From assembly GCA_001179505.1 (NCBI GenBank), contig CDMY01000293.1, forward strand, positions 1 to 64,000: DNA of 64,000 nucleotides, written 5' to 3'. A program made the translations under genes and the position numbers. This stretch comes from Vitrella brassicaformis CCMP3155 (Eukaryota; Protista; Chromerida). The notes under the pieces were generated by a model. That model was not told the origin of the DNA. It searched no databases and saw only the letters and a list, made by a program, of their open reading frames with translations. The first letter of the stretch is position 1; every line of letters begins with the position of its first letter. Positions 35,140-48,210 of this stretch are shown here, piece after piece.

Positions 35140-37995
35140 CTACATGTACAGCGGATAGACTACCACATGCTCAGCCGCGGATGATTTTTCCCTCCGCGCC
35201 ACCCTGTTGAGACCCTGAAGCTTCCCACCGCTGCACACACGCACCCACATCACACCAGACACATGCAGATAGATGCACAGGCAGACGGACAAATGAACGA
35301 TCAGCCTTCCCTTCAATAGCTTACCACGGCAAGCAGTGAGGCCGACTGGACGACGGACGGACTGAACCGGACGGCAACGGGAATCCTGTCGCCATTGTTG
35401 ACCACACCTCTGCACACACCGACGGACGAATAAGAGGGAGGGGAGGGGAGGGGACACCTGCCTGCGTTTCCACTATGTGCGTGCGTACATGAGATTGATT
35501 GCAGCCATGCTGACGTCGCATCTGTACACCCATACTGCCCCCGACGTCCCATACATGACCTGCACAGCATGGTGCCGGAGAGGTGTGTGATACAGACAGC
35601 AGACACAACACAAGATGCACCTCTGCCATCCATCCATCCATCCATGTGCTTACTGCCAGCCTGCGGCAAGATGGGTCGATGTCGAAGCTGAGCAGCTCAC
35701 AGTGCCGGCCCGCCGCGTCCTTGCTGCGCACAACAAGCAGGCACCCAACACAACACGACACAGTAGATACCACTTGTCATCATCATCGCCATTGATGCAT
35801 CCATCCGTGGCCGAGTGACCCTTACTGACCATCGCTCGTCGGCCTCCATCCGAATACCGTACGCCTCCAAAGCTTTCCCTCTGTCCTCCCAGCGCGCCTC
35901 ATCGAGCCCCACCCGCTGCATCACTCCCAAGCCCCCGCGCATCCCTCGTCCATCCGACATAGATCGATGCCCCGCCACCATTGATGGTGGGACACCACAC
36001 GGGCACCTCAACGCAAAGAGGGTCTCGCTGTTGGACGCTATGAGTTTCGCACCGTCAGGCGTCCACACGAGCATGGTGTGCGATGGTTCGTGGGTGATGT
36101 GGGGGGAGGGCGCCGGTACGCTGTAACGCTCGCGCGCAGAGCTTGTCATGTCGAGAAGGGAAACGGTCAAGGAACTGTGCGCACAGCAGAGGAATACGTG
36201 CGGTGCGGTGGGTTGAGTAACTGTGCTAAGGGGCTGCCTTCCTAGCTGACTGACCGGTCTGCGTTTGTCTTGATGAAAGCTATACTCTTGCCGGTCGGAT
36301 TCCACCTTACGTCAGCGATAACGGAGCCATCGAACCAGACGCCGCCACCCACACGCATAGGCTCGCACCAACCTGCATACACACGGAAGGGCGGTGCGAA
36401 ATAAAGTCTGTCTTGTTTGATGTTAACATCCATCCATCCATCCATCCAGACCTGGCATCGCTTCGTCGAGGCACATGGCCGCCTCAGGGATCAGCACTGA
36501 TGACGACCTGACGCCACACATGATATGGCCACATCCACTCTTGTGTTGATTCTCCGAAGACGTCGCAATGTGCTGCACCCACCAGATCAGGATCTCGCCT
36601 TTCGTCACGACCAACAGGCTCCTGAATGAAATGAAAGGAACGCTATGTGTGGTAGGTGCGGTGTCCGTTTGCGTGTTGCACATCGTGACTGACCTGCCGT
36701 CCGGTGACCACAACACTCGCAGGGCGCGTGGCTTGCGGTACCAGAACCTGCATCAGGGTAGGAAGTTTCACTCAGGATGAATAAGGTGCATCTAACTAGA
36801 AGGGACGCATGTAGTGGTTTGTCATCCACCCTGCTTCCCTCCCTCCTGACCTGCACGCCCAGTCGTATGTGGTGTGGTCGTCTGTGCTGGACATTGCCGA
36901 TGGCGCATCAGCGTTGGACAGCATGGGCTGCCACACCTCGATGCCGCTCGTCCACACGAGCGCCACTGTGGGCCGCAGAGCATAGGGCTGCCAATCCAGC
37001 CCCACAAGATGGGCCTCTTTCCCATCAACACCTGTACACATTCACACACATCCACCTACACGGGTCGGTCGGTCTACCTGTCTGTCTGTCTGTCTGTCTG
37101 ATTGCATGTCCGTATATATCACCTTTGCTAATGGGGCTGGTGCTGTCGGGCACGAGTATCTCCGGCACGACATGGGTGAACACTTCATGTGGTTGCGAAG
37201 GGGTGAAGGCTGCAGCCAGGGCAGACAAACAGTAAGGCAGGCCGCATTGTTGCACGCACATGGATAGACGATCGTGGCATCTACTTACCAGTCTCAGCCA
37301 ACGGGACGCGAAACACACTCTGCCGATCGCCACTTAAACCTGTCCGTACGTATATACACAAGTCAAGTACACACCCTCGCCCGGATTTGTAACCCCTCCA
37401 TCCGTCCCTCCCTGACCCGACAAACAAACCTGTGATATGCATGCCGTCTGGCTGCCACACCATCCCCTGGCCGGCAGCCTCTCCCGTACACCGATTGTCG
37501 CCGACATCAGTGCGCCGCACCCATCTGTCCAGCTGCTTGAGCACAGTCGCCTTTGGGCGCAAGCGGTAGGGCAACCCCCACAGGACGGCGCCGGACGACA
37601 ACAGTGTGCGCCACAAGTTGTTGTCATGTTGTCTGAGTGAGGCGGGTAGGGCGAAGGTGAGGGAGGTGCGGATGGCGGGAAACGACTGGTCGTCTGCGGA
37701 TGACGGGACATGCGAGACGATATGCAGAGACCTCTGTCAGGCACAGACACGTTGATGAACGTATCCGTATGAATGAGTTCGCAGGTCTCACCACGCCAGG
37801 AGGAAGCGCAGACCCTTGGGCGCTTCGTGAATGCACAAGCGTGCTTAGGAACTCACAGATGGTGTGGCTGTCGTCATCGATGAGTGTGGGACGAGCTGCG
37901 GGCTGCGAGTGGGAAGTCCTGGGTGTGGTGCGGCTCGTGCTTCGCGGCGGATGAGATGCAGATGCAGATGCTGTTCCAGATCTCTCCCTGCTCAT
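35140..37995 (-). CDS. AAAS: WD40 beta-propeller protein, ALADIN (AAAS) nucleoporin-like
   Basis: N-terminal DSHTICEFLSTLV resembles the plant ALADIN SVTVCEINRDL segment. WD-type strands VGLDWQPYALRPTVALVW, RVLWSPDGRSLLVV, DVRWNPTGKSIAF and LVWTPDGAKLIAS. C-terminal PVAVRFSPSVVQSASLLAV..CSGGKL..VYPLYM* resembles the ALADIN end ([29 protein letters not shown]). Start codon uncertain. Confidence 0.6.
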
Positions 37996-38647
37996 AGCTG
38001 CAAAGGTCACGCACCAGAGGGAGCGGTGAGGAGGCAGCGAGCTCTTCACCGGCGCTCCGTCTCGGGCTCTCGGGCAGTCTTCATGTTAAGTGGCGAAGCA
38101 CCCTTCGGCAGGCTTGTCCGTAAAACAGCAAAGGCGAATGTTTACCACCTGTTCCTTCACCTGTTCACAGAAAGCTCACGCGTACGCCTACGGAATTCCC
38201 CCGAGAAAAAAATTCAGGGCAGGAAAAAAAAAGCGCGTGTACCCCGGTACGGATGCGCGAGCAGCCTACCTCACTTCTCAGCGCATACTCCCGTACTCAG
38301 CTGCGCGATTTGTGTGGTCAGCATCATGGACATCCCGGTACGTTGGCTGCCGTGGCTGTTCCCTTCAACAATGTCTCAACGTCCTCAGCTACCAAGGCTC
38401 TTCGTACCAGACTCCGATTAGCTGACGTCGGCTGTCGCCAGCTGAGACAGCTTTTGTGTGTTATGGCGTACACATACATGTACAGTGTACTTGTTGTGTC
38501 GATCCATGCATAAAAGGCACTCGGCAGGACAATTCGATGTCTCAGTCTCACATTCTCTATCGATGCGAACGATAGGATACAAACACGTGGACGCAACGGA
38601 CTGCCTGTCCCTCCCTCCCTCCCTCCCTCCCTCCCTCCCGCTGTCAG

Positions 38648-41600
38648 TCACTTTGCGTGGAGTGCTCTTGATCCCGACCAGTCTGCCGGCGGCGCCAGCC
38701 TGTGTTCCTGCTCCTCTTGCGTACCTTGTGACTTCTGCGCACACAACATGCATCCATCCATCCATCCATCCGCACACACATCATTTCAGCCGCAGACATA
38801 CAGCCAGACAGACAGAAAGACGGGCAATCGATTGTTCCCTTCCTGGTCAGTCAGCTCACCATGTAGAGGGCTAATGCCTCGCTTGGGCCGTCACCTGCGC
38901 GATAGGCCGACCACACATACATACACAGACACGACAGCAATGCCACAGGCGCTGTGTCTGTGTGTCTCTCTGTCTGTCTGTCTGTCTGATCACTCAATCA
39001 CTCACCGGGCATGAGTGCGAGGCATTTTTGCAGCATTTCGAGGGCTCTGGTCCACTCGCCCTCGATGTAGAAGGCGAAGGCCTGCCGCCATGTGGACTGG
39101 AACTCGAGGGATATGCCTTTCTGCAGATTCACTATATCCTGGTCCTGCAAGTGCATGGATACATATACATGCAGGCAAGTGGGCAACGTTTGTACGTATC
39201 TGCCCGTTGATTGAGTGCCTATTGTACGCTCTTGTCACTAAGGCAGGTTGACTGACCATGAGGAACATCCAGTCGACGCCCTTGGCCGCGAGTGTCTCCA
39301 TTGTCATTTCGTTGGGGGGGATCATCTGACCCACCATGTGACCCTCGGGTGTGGCGAATACTGACATAGCACAAACACACATGCGGATGGTGAGACCATC
39401 TGTCGTTTTCGATCCTCACTTTTCTTGTTGACATCGAAGCAGAAGATGCCGACGGGTGTCTTGGTGCCCTTGAGCATCACGACATCCAGCTGCCGGCACC
39501 TGTCACGGGCCTTGGGAGACAAAGTCTGGTACATGTGCTGACAAGAAACGAAAAGCGGGGAAGCGAGCTGCTGCGAGTCCTTTATCCATCTCGGATCGGT
39601 CTAGCTGGCCACACATGCGTACCTGTGACATGAGCAGGTCCACTCCGTATTGTTTCGTGGCGCTCTGCAGCCTGGCAGCGATGTTGACGTGCAGAGACAG
39701 ATAGGACGCGTCGATCTTATACTCACTGCCAATCGCACCTGAATTGCGGCACACACAAGACCGACCAGACTTTCCAGCTTCGGGTGCAAGCGCTGCGTGA
39801 CGTGGCTGGTTAGTTACTCACCCTCGATAGACCATCCGCAGTGCAGTCCGAAGCCGATATGGACGGCATAGTTGAGGCCAAACTTGGGGATAATTTTCGG
39901 GTGCTTGGCATATGCGGACAAATCAGACGCACGACGAATCTCAGCTGCATCAATTAATGACAGCACACACATCTTCTGTCCACGTGTGCGTCAATCACCG
40001 CTCGTACGTGCCGACCGATGATTTTAATAAAAGAGACGAGGGCCCTGTCGGCGAGTTCGGTCATTCTCTCGCTGACGTCCTTCTCCTCCAGGAATTTGCT
40101 TCTGGTGCGCGTCAGCCCGAGCTCATCATCACTAGGGTGGCCCTCGGGTGTCCGTGTTTGCGGGGCCACATCAACCAATGGGGTCTTGACAGGAGTGCCC
40201 TGGCGGGACTCTGACACACCGATGAGCTTCTTCTGGTCCTCTGTCTCGAGAAGCAGCCACACGAGCAGGAAGGCGTCGCCGATGTTCTTGTTTGCCGCCC
40301 CGCCCCACTCGTGCACACACGTGTGGACAATCCGCGCAATCTTGTTGACAAACACCATCACCTAATCCACGCACACACATACGCATATGGGCTTAGTGAT
40401 GCGTGATGTGCACGTGGATGCACCTCTTCGAGGAGACATTCAGTGATGTCTTGGAAGTCCTGGATCTCGGCAAAGCCATAAATGGCTATCACCTTTCGCC
40501 CAGGGATCATGTAGTCGATGTCTCCCGACTCATTCGACATGTTCTTCCCGATTATCGGGGCCCCCGCCTCACCAAAACCCACCTGACGACGCGTAGAGGA
40601 GTTGACAAGCTTTGAAACAAAAAGCGAAGGACAGTGCAATCTCCACGCAGCCACCTGCAAAAGCCCTCCAATTTTAAGTATGGTGTTTTCAAGCATGCTC
40701 GTCTCGAGTTGGTTTGAGCCCTTTTTTCTGTTCATGGCGGCGAATTCCTCGTAGTCCTCATCGACCACTTCCGGCTTGTTGAGTGGGTCGTCGGCAAGCT
40801 GTTTGACGATGTTGACCATCTTCTCGATTGGCTCGATCACCTACTCCACACACGCACATACACACGCACACGAGTTCGTGGACAGTGCGAGCCGTGTTGA
40901 TATGTGTGATGCATGTCTGTCTCACGAGTGTCTGTGTGTCTTTGCTGAACGTCATAGCCCCGGCCCCCAGCAAGAAGACGATGAAGATGGTCGTCAGCAT
41001 CGACATGCCCGCCGACTGCACACTGTAGTCCCTGGTCGATCGATTGCATGCGAAACGGAGGAAGGCAGATAGAGGAAGTATCCCTCATCCTTCCTCACTT
41101 TTTGAGAAATTTGGCGGCAACATTGATTTCTCGGCATGCATTGCTGCTCAGGCATTCCTCGGGCGTGAAAACCACTAACTCAACCTGCAGACATAGACTG
41201 TCTCCTTTCTGTAAGCGTATATCTCTCCCTCCCTCCCTGCCTCTGTCTGTCTGTCTGTCTGTCTGTTTTTACCTCACTCTCTCTCCACTTGCATTCATCT
41301 CGTGTTTGGAAGGAGTCGCATTTGACGTCGGCTTCCCATGTCCCCTGCGGGGACTCAACGCGCCGGATGTCGTGAATGCGGCCGCCCTCCTCGAAATCCG
41401 GGATGCGCAGCCACAGGAGAGGCTTGGCCAGGTCCCCAGTTGAGCTCTCTTTCTCCCCCTGCGTCTTCGAACTCGTCGCGTACGCATACACCATGTACCT
41501 CCATCCCTCGGTCGTCAACCACGCTGTATGCGTACATCCATGCGTGCAAAGGAAATCCATATCATTCCATGGCATCTGTAATACATGTGTGTACCGTTCG

Positions 41601-42900
41601 AGTCGTTGCTAGAGTGTGGGAGCCCGTATTTGCACGCGAAGTCGGCATTTGGAGTGTTGCAGAAGCTGCTGCCGTAGTAGAAGAGCTGTTGCAGGCCGTG
41701 GTATCCACTGTTGTCGCTCTCCTCATAAGACAAGCTGAATGCATCCATCCACCCACCCACAACAGAAGCCCTGTCACGTCACGTCCATATCTGAGGTGAC
41801 AGAGGGCTGACTGACTTGGGCAGCACAAACAGCACGCACAGCACCCCAATGATGACTCGCCGAGTGGTCTGCTCCGACAGAATCTTCCCTAAACGGCTGG
41901 CCTCCACCCGTCTTTGTGCGTCGTGTGCATTCTAATCACAGTACATACAATCCGCGTCAGTGTATGTGATCAGGGATCGATCGATCTTACTCACTTTGGT
42001 TCTCTGTCTCTCCTCTTCCTCGAGTCTCTTGAGCTCTTTCTCTTCCTCAGTCAGCTCGGCCTCCCTGCACCCACCCATCCATCCACGCATCACGTAACGG
42101 AACAGAGAGACGCACTTCTGAGAAGGACACCTTGTGTCGTCCGCCTTGTGTTGCCCCTGGCCGACCTCGAGCAGCATTTGGTGACGTTGACGACTCGCAC
42201 GAGCCGCACCAGACGGACCAGACGCACAATGCGGCCTGCGCGAGTGCCTGACCGATCAAGACATGCATGTACGTGGAATACCATAATATCGATGACAATG
42301 ACATATGGCATATCTCCATCCATCCATACCAGCTCTGGATGCGCGTCCTGCCCTAGCGGCGGTTGCGTTGACCGAAGATGTGGAGGTGTCGATGCCAAGC
42401 AGGAAGTTGACCGGGTCGATGAAGTACTTGATGTCCGGTACGAGCGAGAGGGTGGCCACGAGGTCCAGCCAGAAGAAGAAGGACCACTTGTAGCCCTCCT
42501 GGATGATCGAGTTGATCGTCAGCTCCGTGGCGAAGCAAAGGAGCGAAAAGATGAACAGGGCGTAGAAGTAGTGGTCGGCTGACTTGGGGAAGCTGTACAG
42601 CCGCATGTCCTCCCCAAACAAGGCAAACACAGTCGTCAGCGTCATGATGGTCTGCACATACTTGCCCTCCATTATGGCAATAGACTTCTCCAGAATGCCC
42701 TTGGGCGCATCTTCCGCCGGTTGTGGAGGATGGGCGTGTCCAGCTGACATGACGGATGCCTTGCCGGGAGAGCTGGGAGGTGTGCTTGTCGCCTTGGGCT
42801 GCTTCTTTCCACCCATGGGAACCACATCAAAATGCATTTCCTCGTCGGCAGCCAACAGCGGGTCTTTCTTCCGAGAGAACAGAGACGTGAACTTCTTCAT
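38648..42900 (-). CDS. Adenylyl cyclase with an N-terminal voltage-gated ion-channel-like domain (alveolate AC-alpha type) and a C-terminal TPR-like helix pair
   Basis: TM segments S1-S3 (TIMTLTTVFALFGEDMRL; SFFFWLDLVATLSL); S4 RAGRASRAG-TRAGRIVRLVRLVRLVRV; SRLGKILSEQTTRRVIIGVL; VIEPIEKMV; class III cyclase motifs GGAANKNIGDAFLLVW, GFGLHCGWSIEG-AIGSEYKIDASYLSLHVNIAARLQSATKQYG; ends PADWSGSRALHAK*. Additional 5' exons are possible. Confidence 0.92.
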
Positions 42901-43874
42901 GATAATGCCTTCTCCTGGTCCTTCGCGCGATGACGAAGGGGACCACTTTCGTGAGACTCGTGGGGGCCCAATGGGGGCCAAGCCGGTGCTTCTTGCTCCC
43001 CTCCTCTTCGCAACCGTGGCATTTTCCCCTGTCAATGCAGTTGTCGAACATGCTGCTTGTCGCCTCCGCCTTCGTCATGACACTCTATCACAGTGCCGTC
43101 TCGCACACCGACAACCACAGTGCAAAGCAGCAAGGGGGCCTCCCAGGCAAATCCCAGGGTCTGCGTGTGTGTTCTGTGCAGGTGTCGTGTCGGGCGGCGG
43201 ATTGTTGCTGCTGCAGCAAAGACCCGGGCTGCCCTTCCGTCTTTCTGTCGTGTGTGTCATTATGCGATGATGGCCTGTAGATGGCCTGCCTGCCAGTTGC
43301 GTGTGCGGTGTGTGCGTGCAGTATGTGCTACATGAGACACCAGTCTCAATCGCATGCATGAAGGGATGGATGTGTGTGTTTCGCTTCTGCTCGACCGCCC
43401 TACCTGCCAATCGATTCGCCGTGTCTGCGCGTCCCTCTGCGCTTTTGGCCCATGCAAAGCGAGGCCTTCTGCCTTCCTACCTGCTTGTCCTTCCCCCCTT
43501 GTCTTAGTCGGTCTGTCATCTGTGAGACTGTGCCTGTGTGGCGTGTGCGTGTTCTCTCCCTCTCTCCCTCTTCCTTTTTTTTCGCAGCAGAAGGGGCCGC
43601 ATGTGATGTGACACGAGTCCTTCGTGGCGAGACGCGTATGAACAGAACGTTAAAGCCGCCTTATCTCTTCTTGCCGCTTGAAGTTACTGTACATGTGTGA
43701 TTTTTAGCGCTGGTGCGTGAATCAAAGGTGTCCTTCTTGGATAGTGTTGCACAAAATCCGATCATAGACACCGAAGGTGATGTGTGTTGTGGACACGAGA
43801 GAGGTCTATACCGCAGGTATACATGCCACACCAACCAGCCAGCACAGCACAGAGTACTATGTAGGGCCCACATG

Positions 43875-46328
43875 CTATATTCTACGTATGTCCAGATTAG
43901 AGGGGCTCGTGCCGATGGTCCATCCCTGTACCCACACACACCAAGCCCACAGCCAACAGGTCTTGTATCCGTCGACCTGACCTCTGATCGCTCCAGTACG
44001 CACCGTATTGCTTGACCACGCGCAGCGAGAGCTTCTTGAGGCACATCTGCAACTCCGCCGCTGTCGGTCTTTCAGTGGGATCCTTCGAAAAACACTGACA
44101 GAAGCCAAGCACGGGACGAGCCGTTGCGAGCATCTCAATGGAGGACTCACTCTGTGGAGGATGTTCTTGAAGAAAGTGGGAAACCAGAAGGGCACCTTCT
44201 GAGACATGAGGTGCACTTGATGTGGGGGAGTCAAAAGAGATGGGTCAAGACAGTGGGACACATGCAGGTCTTACTGGGACCCCGCCCCTGGACATGATCT
44301 CTATTATCACGTCCTGCATCTTGGGAAGATTCTCGAATGGAAGCGGACCTGGACAGAACGAGGGAAGGCGAATGAGAGGCGTTCTGTTCGCTACTTGACA
44401 ATACATAGAATACAATCCATGCAGCTCCCATTCACCTCCGAATATCTCGATGATACAGCAGGCCAGACTCCACACGTCAATAGCGGTCGTACCCCTTGAT
44501 CCCTTGCGAAATGCCTCAGGTGGCATGTACCTGATGGATAAACGAATACCTACCTACCTACATTATGTGGCAGCCGTACGTACCTCGGTGACCCACTGTT
44601 CTCTTCAATCAAAAAGGAGTCTCCGCGCTGAAGAGGATAAAGGCAGCTCACGAAGTCGTCACCAGGCTACGAAGCTTTCGAGTGACTGCATCTGCCAACC
44701 ACCCTTACCCTAATCGTCCGAGCCAGACCGAAATCACACAGCTTGAGCTGGCAATTTCGCAGCGTCCCGTCGTGGTCAATCAGGCAATTCTCTGTTAATG
44801 CGGCAGTGAGAGACAGCGATGTGAAAGCACCTCAGAACGACGAGCAAGCCACCTGTCTTGAGGTCACGATGAACCTGTGGATAACAAGAGAGTGCACCTT
44901 TTGCGTGCCGCGGAGGGAGACGTGTGATGCTCATACCACGACTGGATCTGCTGCATGGAGGTGACAGACAGCGATGGTCAGCTGATTGGCGAACTTAATC
45001 CGATCGGCTGCGCTGAATTCGACGCCTCTCTCATACATCAACTGAAAGGAAGAAGACACTGAATTTGGGCATAATCTTTACATGTGTGTACTTAATGTGA
45101 TTACCTCGAAGAGATTCCCTTCAAAACACCAGAATTGATAGACATACAGGAATGACAGGTGGTGGGTGTGTGCACAGCGCCAGTTATTACCTCCTCTCAC
45201 GAGCTCCGTGACCAGGCCCAGATTCGGCCAGTCATTAACAGTTCCTGGACACCGAATTTGAGTTTTTCACATGGATGCATTCATATAATTGACGCACCAT
45301 AGTAACCCACGATGTTGGGATGCCTCAAGCGTCTGCATTCACGTCCGAACGCCCGGCGGAGACATGCTGTTTTTCTCATGTACCTATGCCACGCTCCTTT
45401 TCTTACCTGTACGAGTTCAGCTCTCTTGCCACGTTCCTGAGCCTCTCCTTTGTCATTGCCTCGCCTGGTCAAGTAAAAACATCAAAGACAATCAAAGCAT
45501 CATCGCTCGTCATTTTTGTAGATCGGACCGGAGACAAATATCATCTTCTTCACAGCGACCTCCCGGCCGCGGAAGCGTCCTCTGTACACCTACAAGAAAA
45601 CGGGAAGAAGCAAAGAACGGCTCTTGTTGTGGCTCGGATGCCTGTTTGTGTAGTGTGTCTCCCCACCATTCCAAACGACCTGAAGAAAGCAGCACACTCA
45701 AAGCCAGGTTTACACCATGTCCGGAGGCGGGGACAATGCCATGTGTTATGTCACGTACCCCTCGGAGAATTTCTCGAGCAACTCTACCTCTGTGTGTGCG
45801 TAGAAAGTCATGGGATTGTTTCAACTCCGTCAAGTTCACGCGTACCTGGCCAACTGAGTGAGTCATCGTCCAAGCGCAACCTTAGACTCAAATCTGCAAC
45901 CACAAGAAGCGTCATCGGGGGAACGAGCTGGACGGCCCGCTTTCTGTCTGAAGATTTCGCTCACTGCCGGTGGCTGTCTTTCCCACTGCGACGGCATCGT
46001 CCTCTTCCTCTTCCTCTTCCTGAGGCTCCTGTTCTTCGGAATCCTCCTGCACACTTTGGGGTGGAGCTCTGGATGCGCGATGATGAGCCGTCCGTTGAAA
46101 CTGCGATGACGGTGGCGGAGCGCCGACGACGGGTTGAGGGTGGGCAATGGTGGGGTGGTGGACTGCCATACGCTGGTATGCCTGAGGCCGAGGGGCTCCT
46201 CCGACGACTGCTGTGTGTCGACGAACCACATCCTGTCGAACAACATCAGGGGTCAACGCGTAGGAAGGCGCGAAGGAAGGCGGAGGATAGATGACGCCTG
46301 GGCCCTGAGGGGTTCCGTACGGCCACAT
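43875..46328 (-). CDS. Tyrosine-kinase-like (TKL) Ser/Thr protein kinase with a low-complexity N-terminus
   Basis: Spliced subdomains FSEGSFGMVYRGRFRGREVAVKK; RELNSYRRLRHPNIVGYYG; LVTELVRGGNL; VHRDLKTENCLI; KLCDFGLAR; GSPRYMPPE; IDVWSLACCIIEIFGG; CFSKDPTERPTA. Start and end codons tentative. Confidence 0.85.
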
Positions 46329-46329
46329 C

Positions 46330-46578
46330 CACGAATGGCAGCCCTCCACGGGAACCCACTCTCTATGTGGAATCACACATAAGTGTACAATCGAACGTCG
46401 TTAGCCGCCGACGACGAAGGAAGGATTTTGGTTGGGTTTCACCTATAGGGTTTGAGACCTTAAACCCTAACCCTAAACCCCAGAGGGAAATCATCGAAAC
46501 CGAATCGAAATCGTTAGTCCTACAGGAGGGGTGATTTCGTTCTCCGGTGTTTTCCTACGACCACACGAATGGCAGCCC
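46330..46578. repeat. 15-bp perfect direct repeat (CACGAATGGCAGCCC) flanking a 219-bp segment
   Basis: Copies at 46330-46344 and 46564-46578. Confidence 0.85.
46434..46481. repeat. Interstitial telomere-like / telo-box motifs in head-to-head orientation
   Basis: GGGTTT-cacctat-AGGGTTT-gagacctt-AAACCCTAACCCTAAACCCC. TAGGGTTT (46446-46453) and AAACCCTA (46462-46469) form a perfect 8-bp stem. Confidence 0.7.
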
Positions 46579-46810
46579 GGGGGGGCATAAAGTCAATCCA
46601 CGCAATCCACGCGTGGTGCGCAAACTGACGCACAAACACAATGGAGAAAAGTAACTCGCAGCACCTCACTCGCATATATAGACGTCTGTACACACCATCA
46701 GAACATCACGCTATATACGTATACCACAGGCAGGTCGGCATCAAGGTATATGTATGCTTGTGTCCGCGCGTCTTCATGTCACAGGCGAGGACGGCGCACC
46801 ACCGATCATA

Positions 46811-47851
46811 TCAGCGCCAGATACAGACCTGAAAGCCACCGGCGCACACCCACACAGGCATACGTCGTGGCTTTCCAATGAATGCCGTGTTTGTTGACAG
46901 GCCACCTGACAGAATGCTCCACATGGCACCCGCGATAGCCAGCGGGGTGAGGTGGGCGTAGTAGTAGAGCATGAGCACGGCATTCACCGTCGCCCAGGCA
47001 AACCCCAGAGATATGATGCGAGACGCCCACAGACCCTCCTGGTACATGTACAGCAAGATGCCCGCAGCCAGGAACGCACTCCTGAACCATACACCCATCA
47101 ATCAATACCCACATCCAACATGCACATACGGCGCACACACCGATGTGGTTGATGAGAATGCCTTCGCGGTCGTCTTTCCCTTTCCTTTACCCGGTGATTT
47201 TGGTGAGTGCTTCGAAGTAGACGTTATACAGCACGTCGCCAGTGAAGAGCAGCATCAGCGACTGCTCCGGCGAGAAGAGCTGACAGGAACAGCACCCACA
47301 GCACCCACACGATGACCATTGCTTGCACCATGCGTGGACTTGCGTACCCATGCCATTCCAGTGATCATGAGCCTGAGGGACTCGAGCAGCACAACACGCC
47401 GATGCAACCGGCTTCTCCGCCCGAATCGCCGGCCGCCGAAATTCACCTTTGGCAGAATTCCCCCCTTCCTTCGCCGCCTCCTGTTCGTCAGCCCTCGCCG
47501 CTTCTTCCCCAAACCGAACACACATAAGTCACCGGTCGACGAGCCCTCCTCATCCAGAGGGCACCGACTGGCGCAGGCGCCCTTCTTCCCGTCGTCTTCA
47601 TGGCACGCCGGCTCTCGACTCCTGCTGCAGGCCAGCGCGTCGAATGCCTGTGTTTGCGATGGTGAATGGGGAAACCGCCCAGATCTGCTGCCGATGAAGG
47701 CTGGGACGAGGTTTCTGCTGGGATACAGGGGATGGGACAGTGAGGCATGGATGGGCGTGAGGCAGATCAGCAGCTGGAGTGCCCACGGTAAGGGCAGTAG
47801 GCGAAGATCTCGTGGCAAGCAAGATGAGGAGGAAGGCATGCTGGTCGCCAT
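46811..47851 (-). CDS. Multi-pass membrane protein with a signal peptide plus transit-like leader (possibly plastid-targeted); function unknown
   Basis: MATSMPSSSSCLPRDLRLLPLPWALQLLICLTPIHAS followed by Ser/Pro/Arg-rich LSHPLYPSRNLVPAFIGSRSGRF. Downstream exons are hydrophobic: QSLMLLFTGDVLYNVYF; SAFLAAGILLYMYQEG; IISLGFAWATVNAVLMLYYYAHLTPLAIAGAMWSILS. Confidence 0.55.
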
Positions 47852-48210
47852 CGGCGGTCCGAGAGTTAGGGTTGCCGTGACCTTCAAGTTGGTGAGCGGG
47901 GGGGTGTGCGTGCTCCGGCCCCCAAGCGCCCTTTCGTCAGCCACTCAGTGTTAACAACTAATCGTCCTCTGTGGGCAACGACTCTTCTCACTTCCTCTTC
48001 TTCCCCTTGTACGCATGCCCACACACCCAGCAGCGTTGTTTTGCCACGCAGAAACCACATGTCTTTGCCTTTTCGTCTTTTGGGTGCAGGATATTGAGTG
48101 GTCCATGTGTCGACCTCTCCCTCAACAACACCGAAGAGGCACTAGAAACGCTCGTTGAGCACCGATCTCTGCCGGTTCGCACTCGGCGTCCGCAGTCGTG
48201 CAGTGGCGGA

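Noticed and set aside
38250-38600. Short coding-like stretches between the ALADIN-like gene and the adenylyl cyclase
   Set aside because: No consistent splice structure or recognisable motif; compatible with UTR or promoter sequence.
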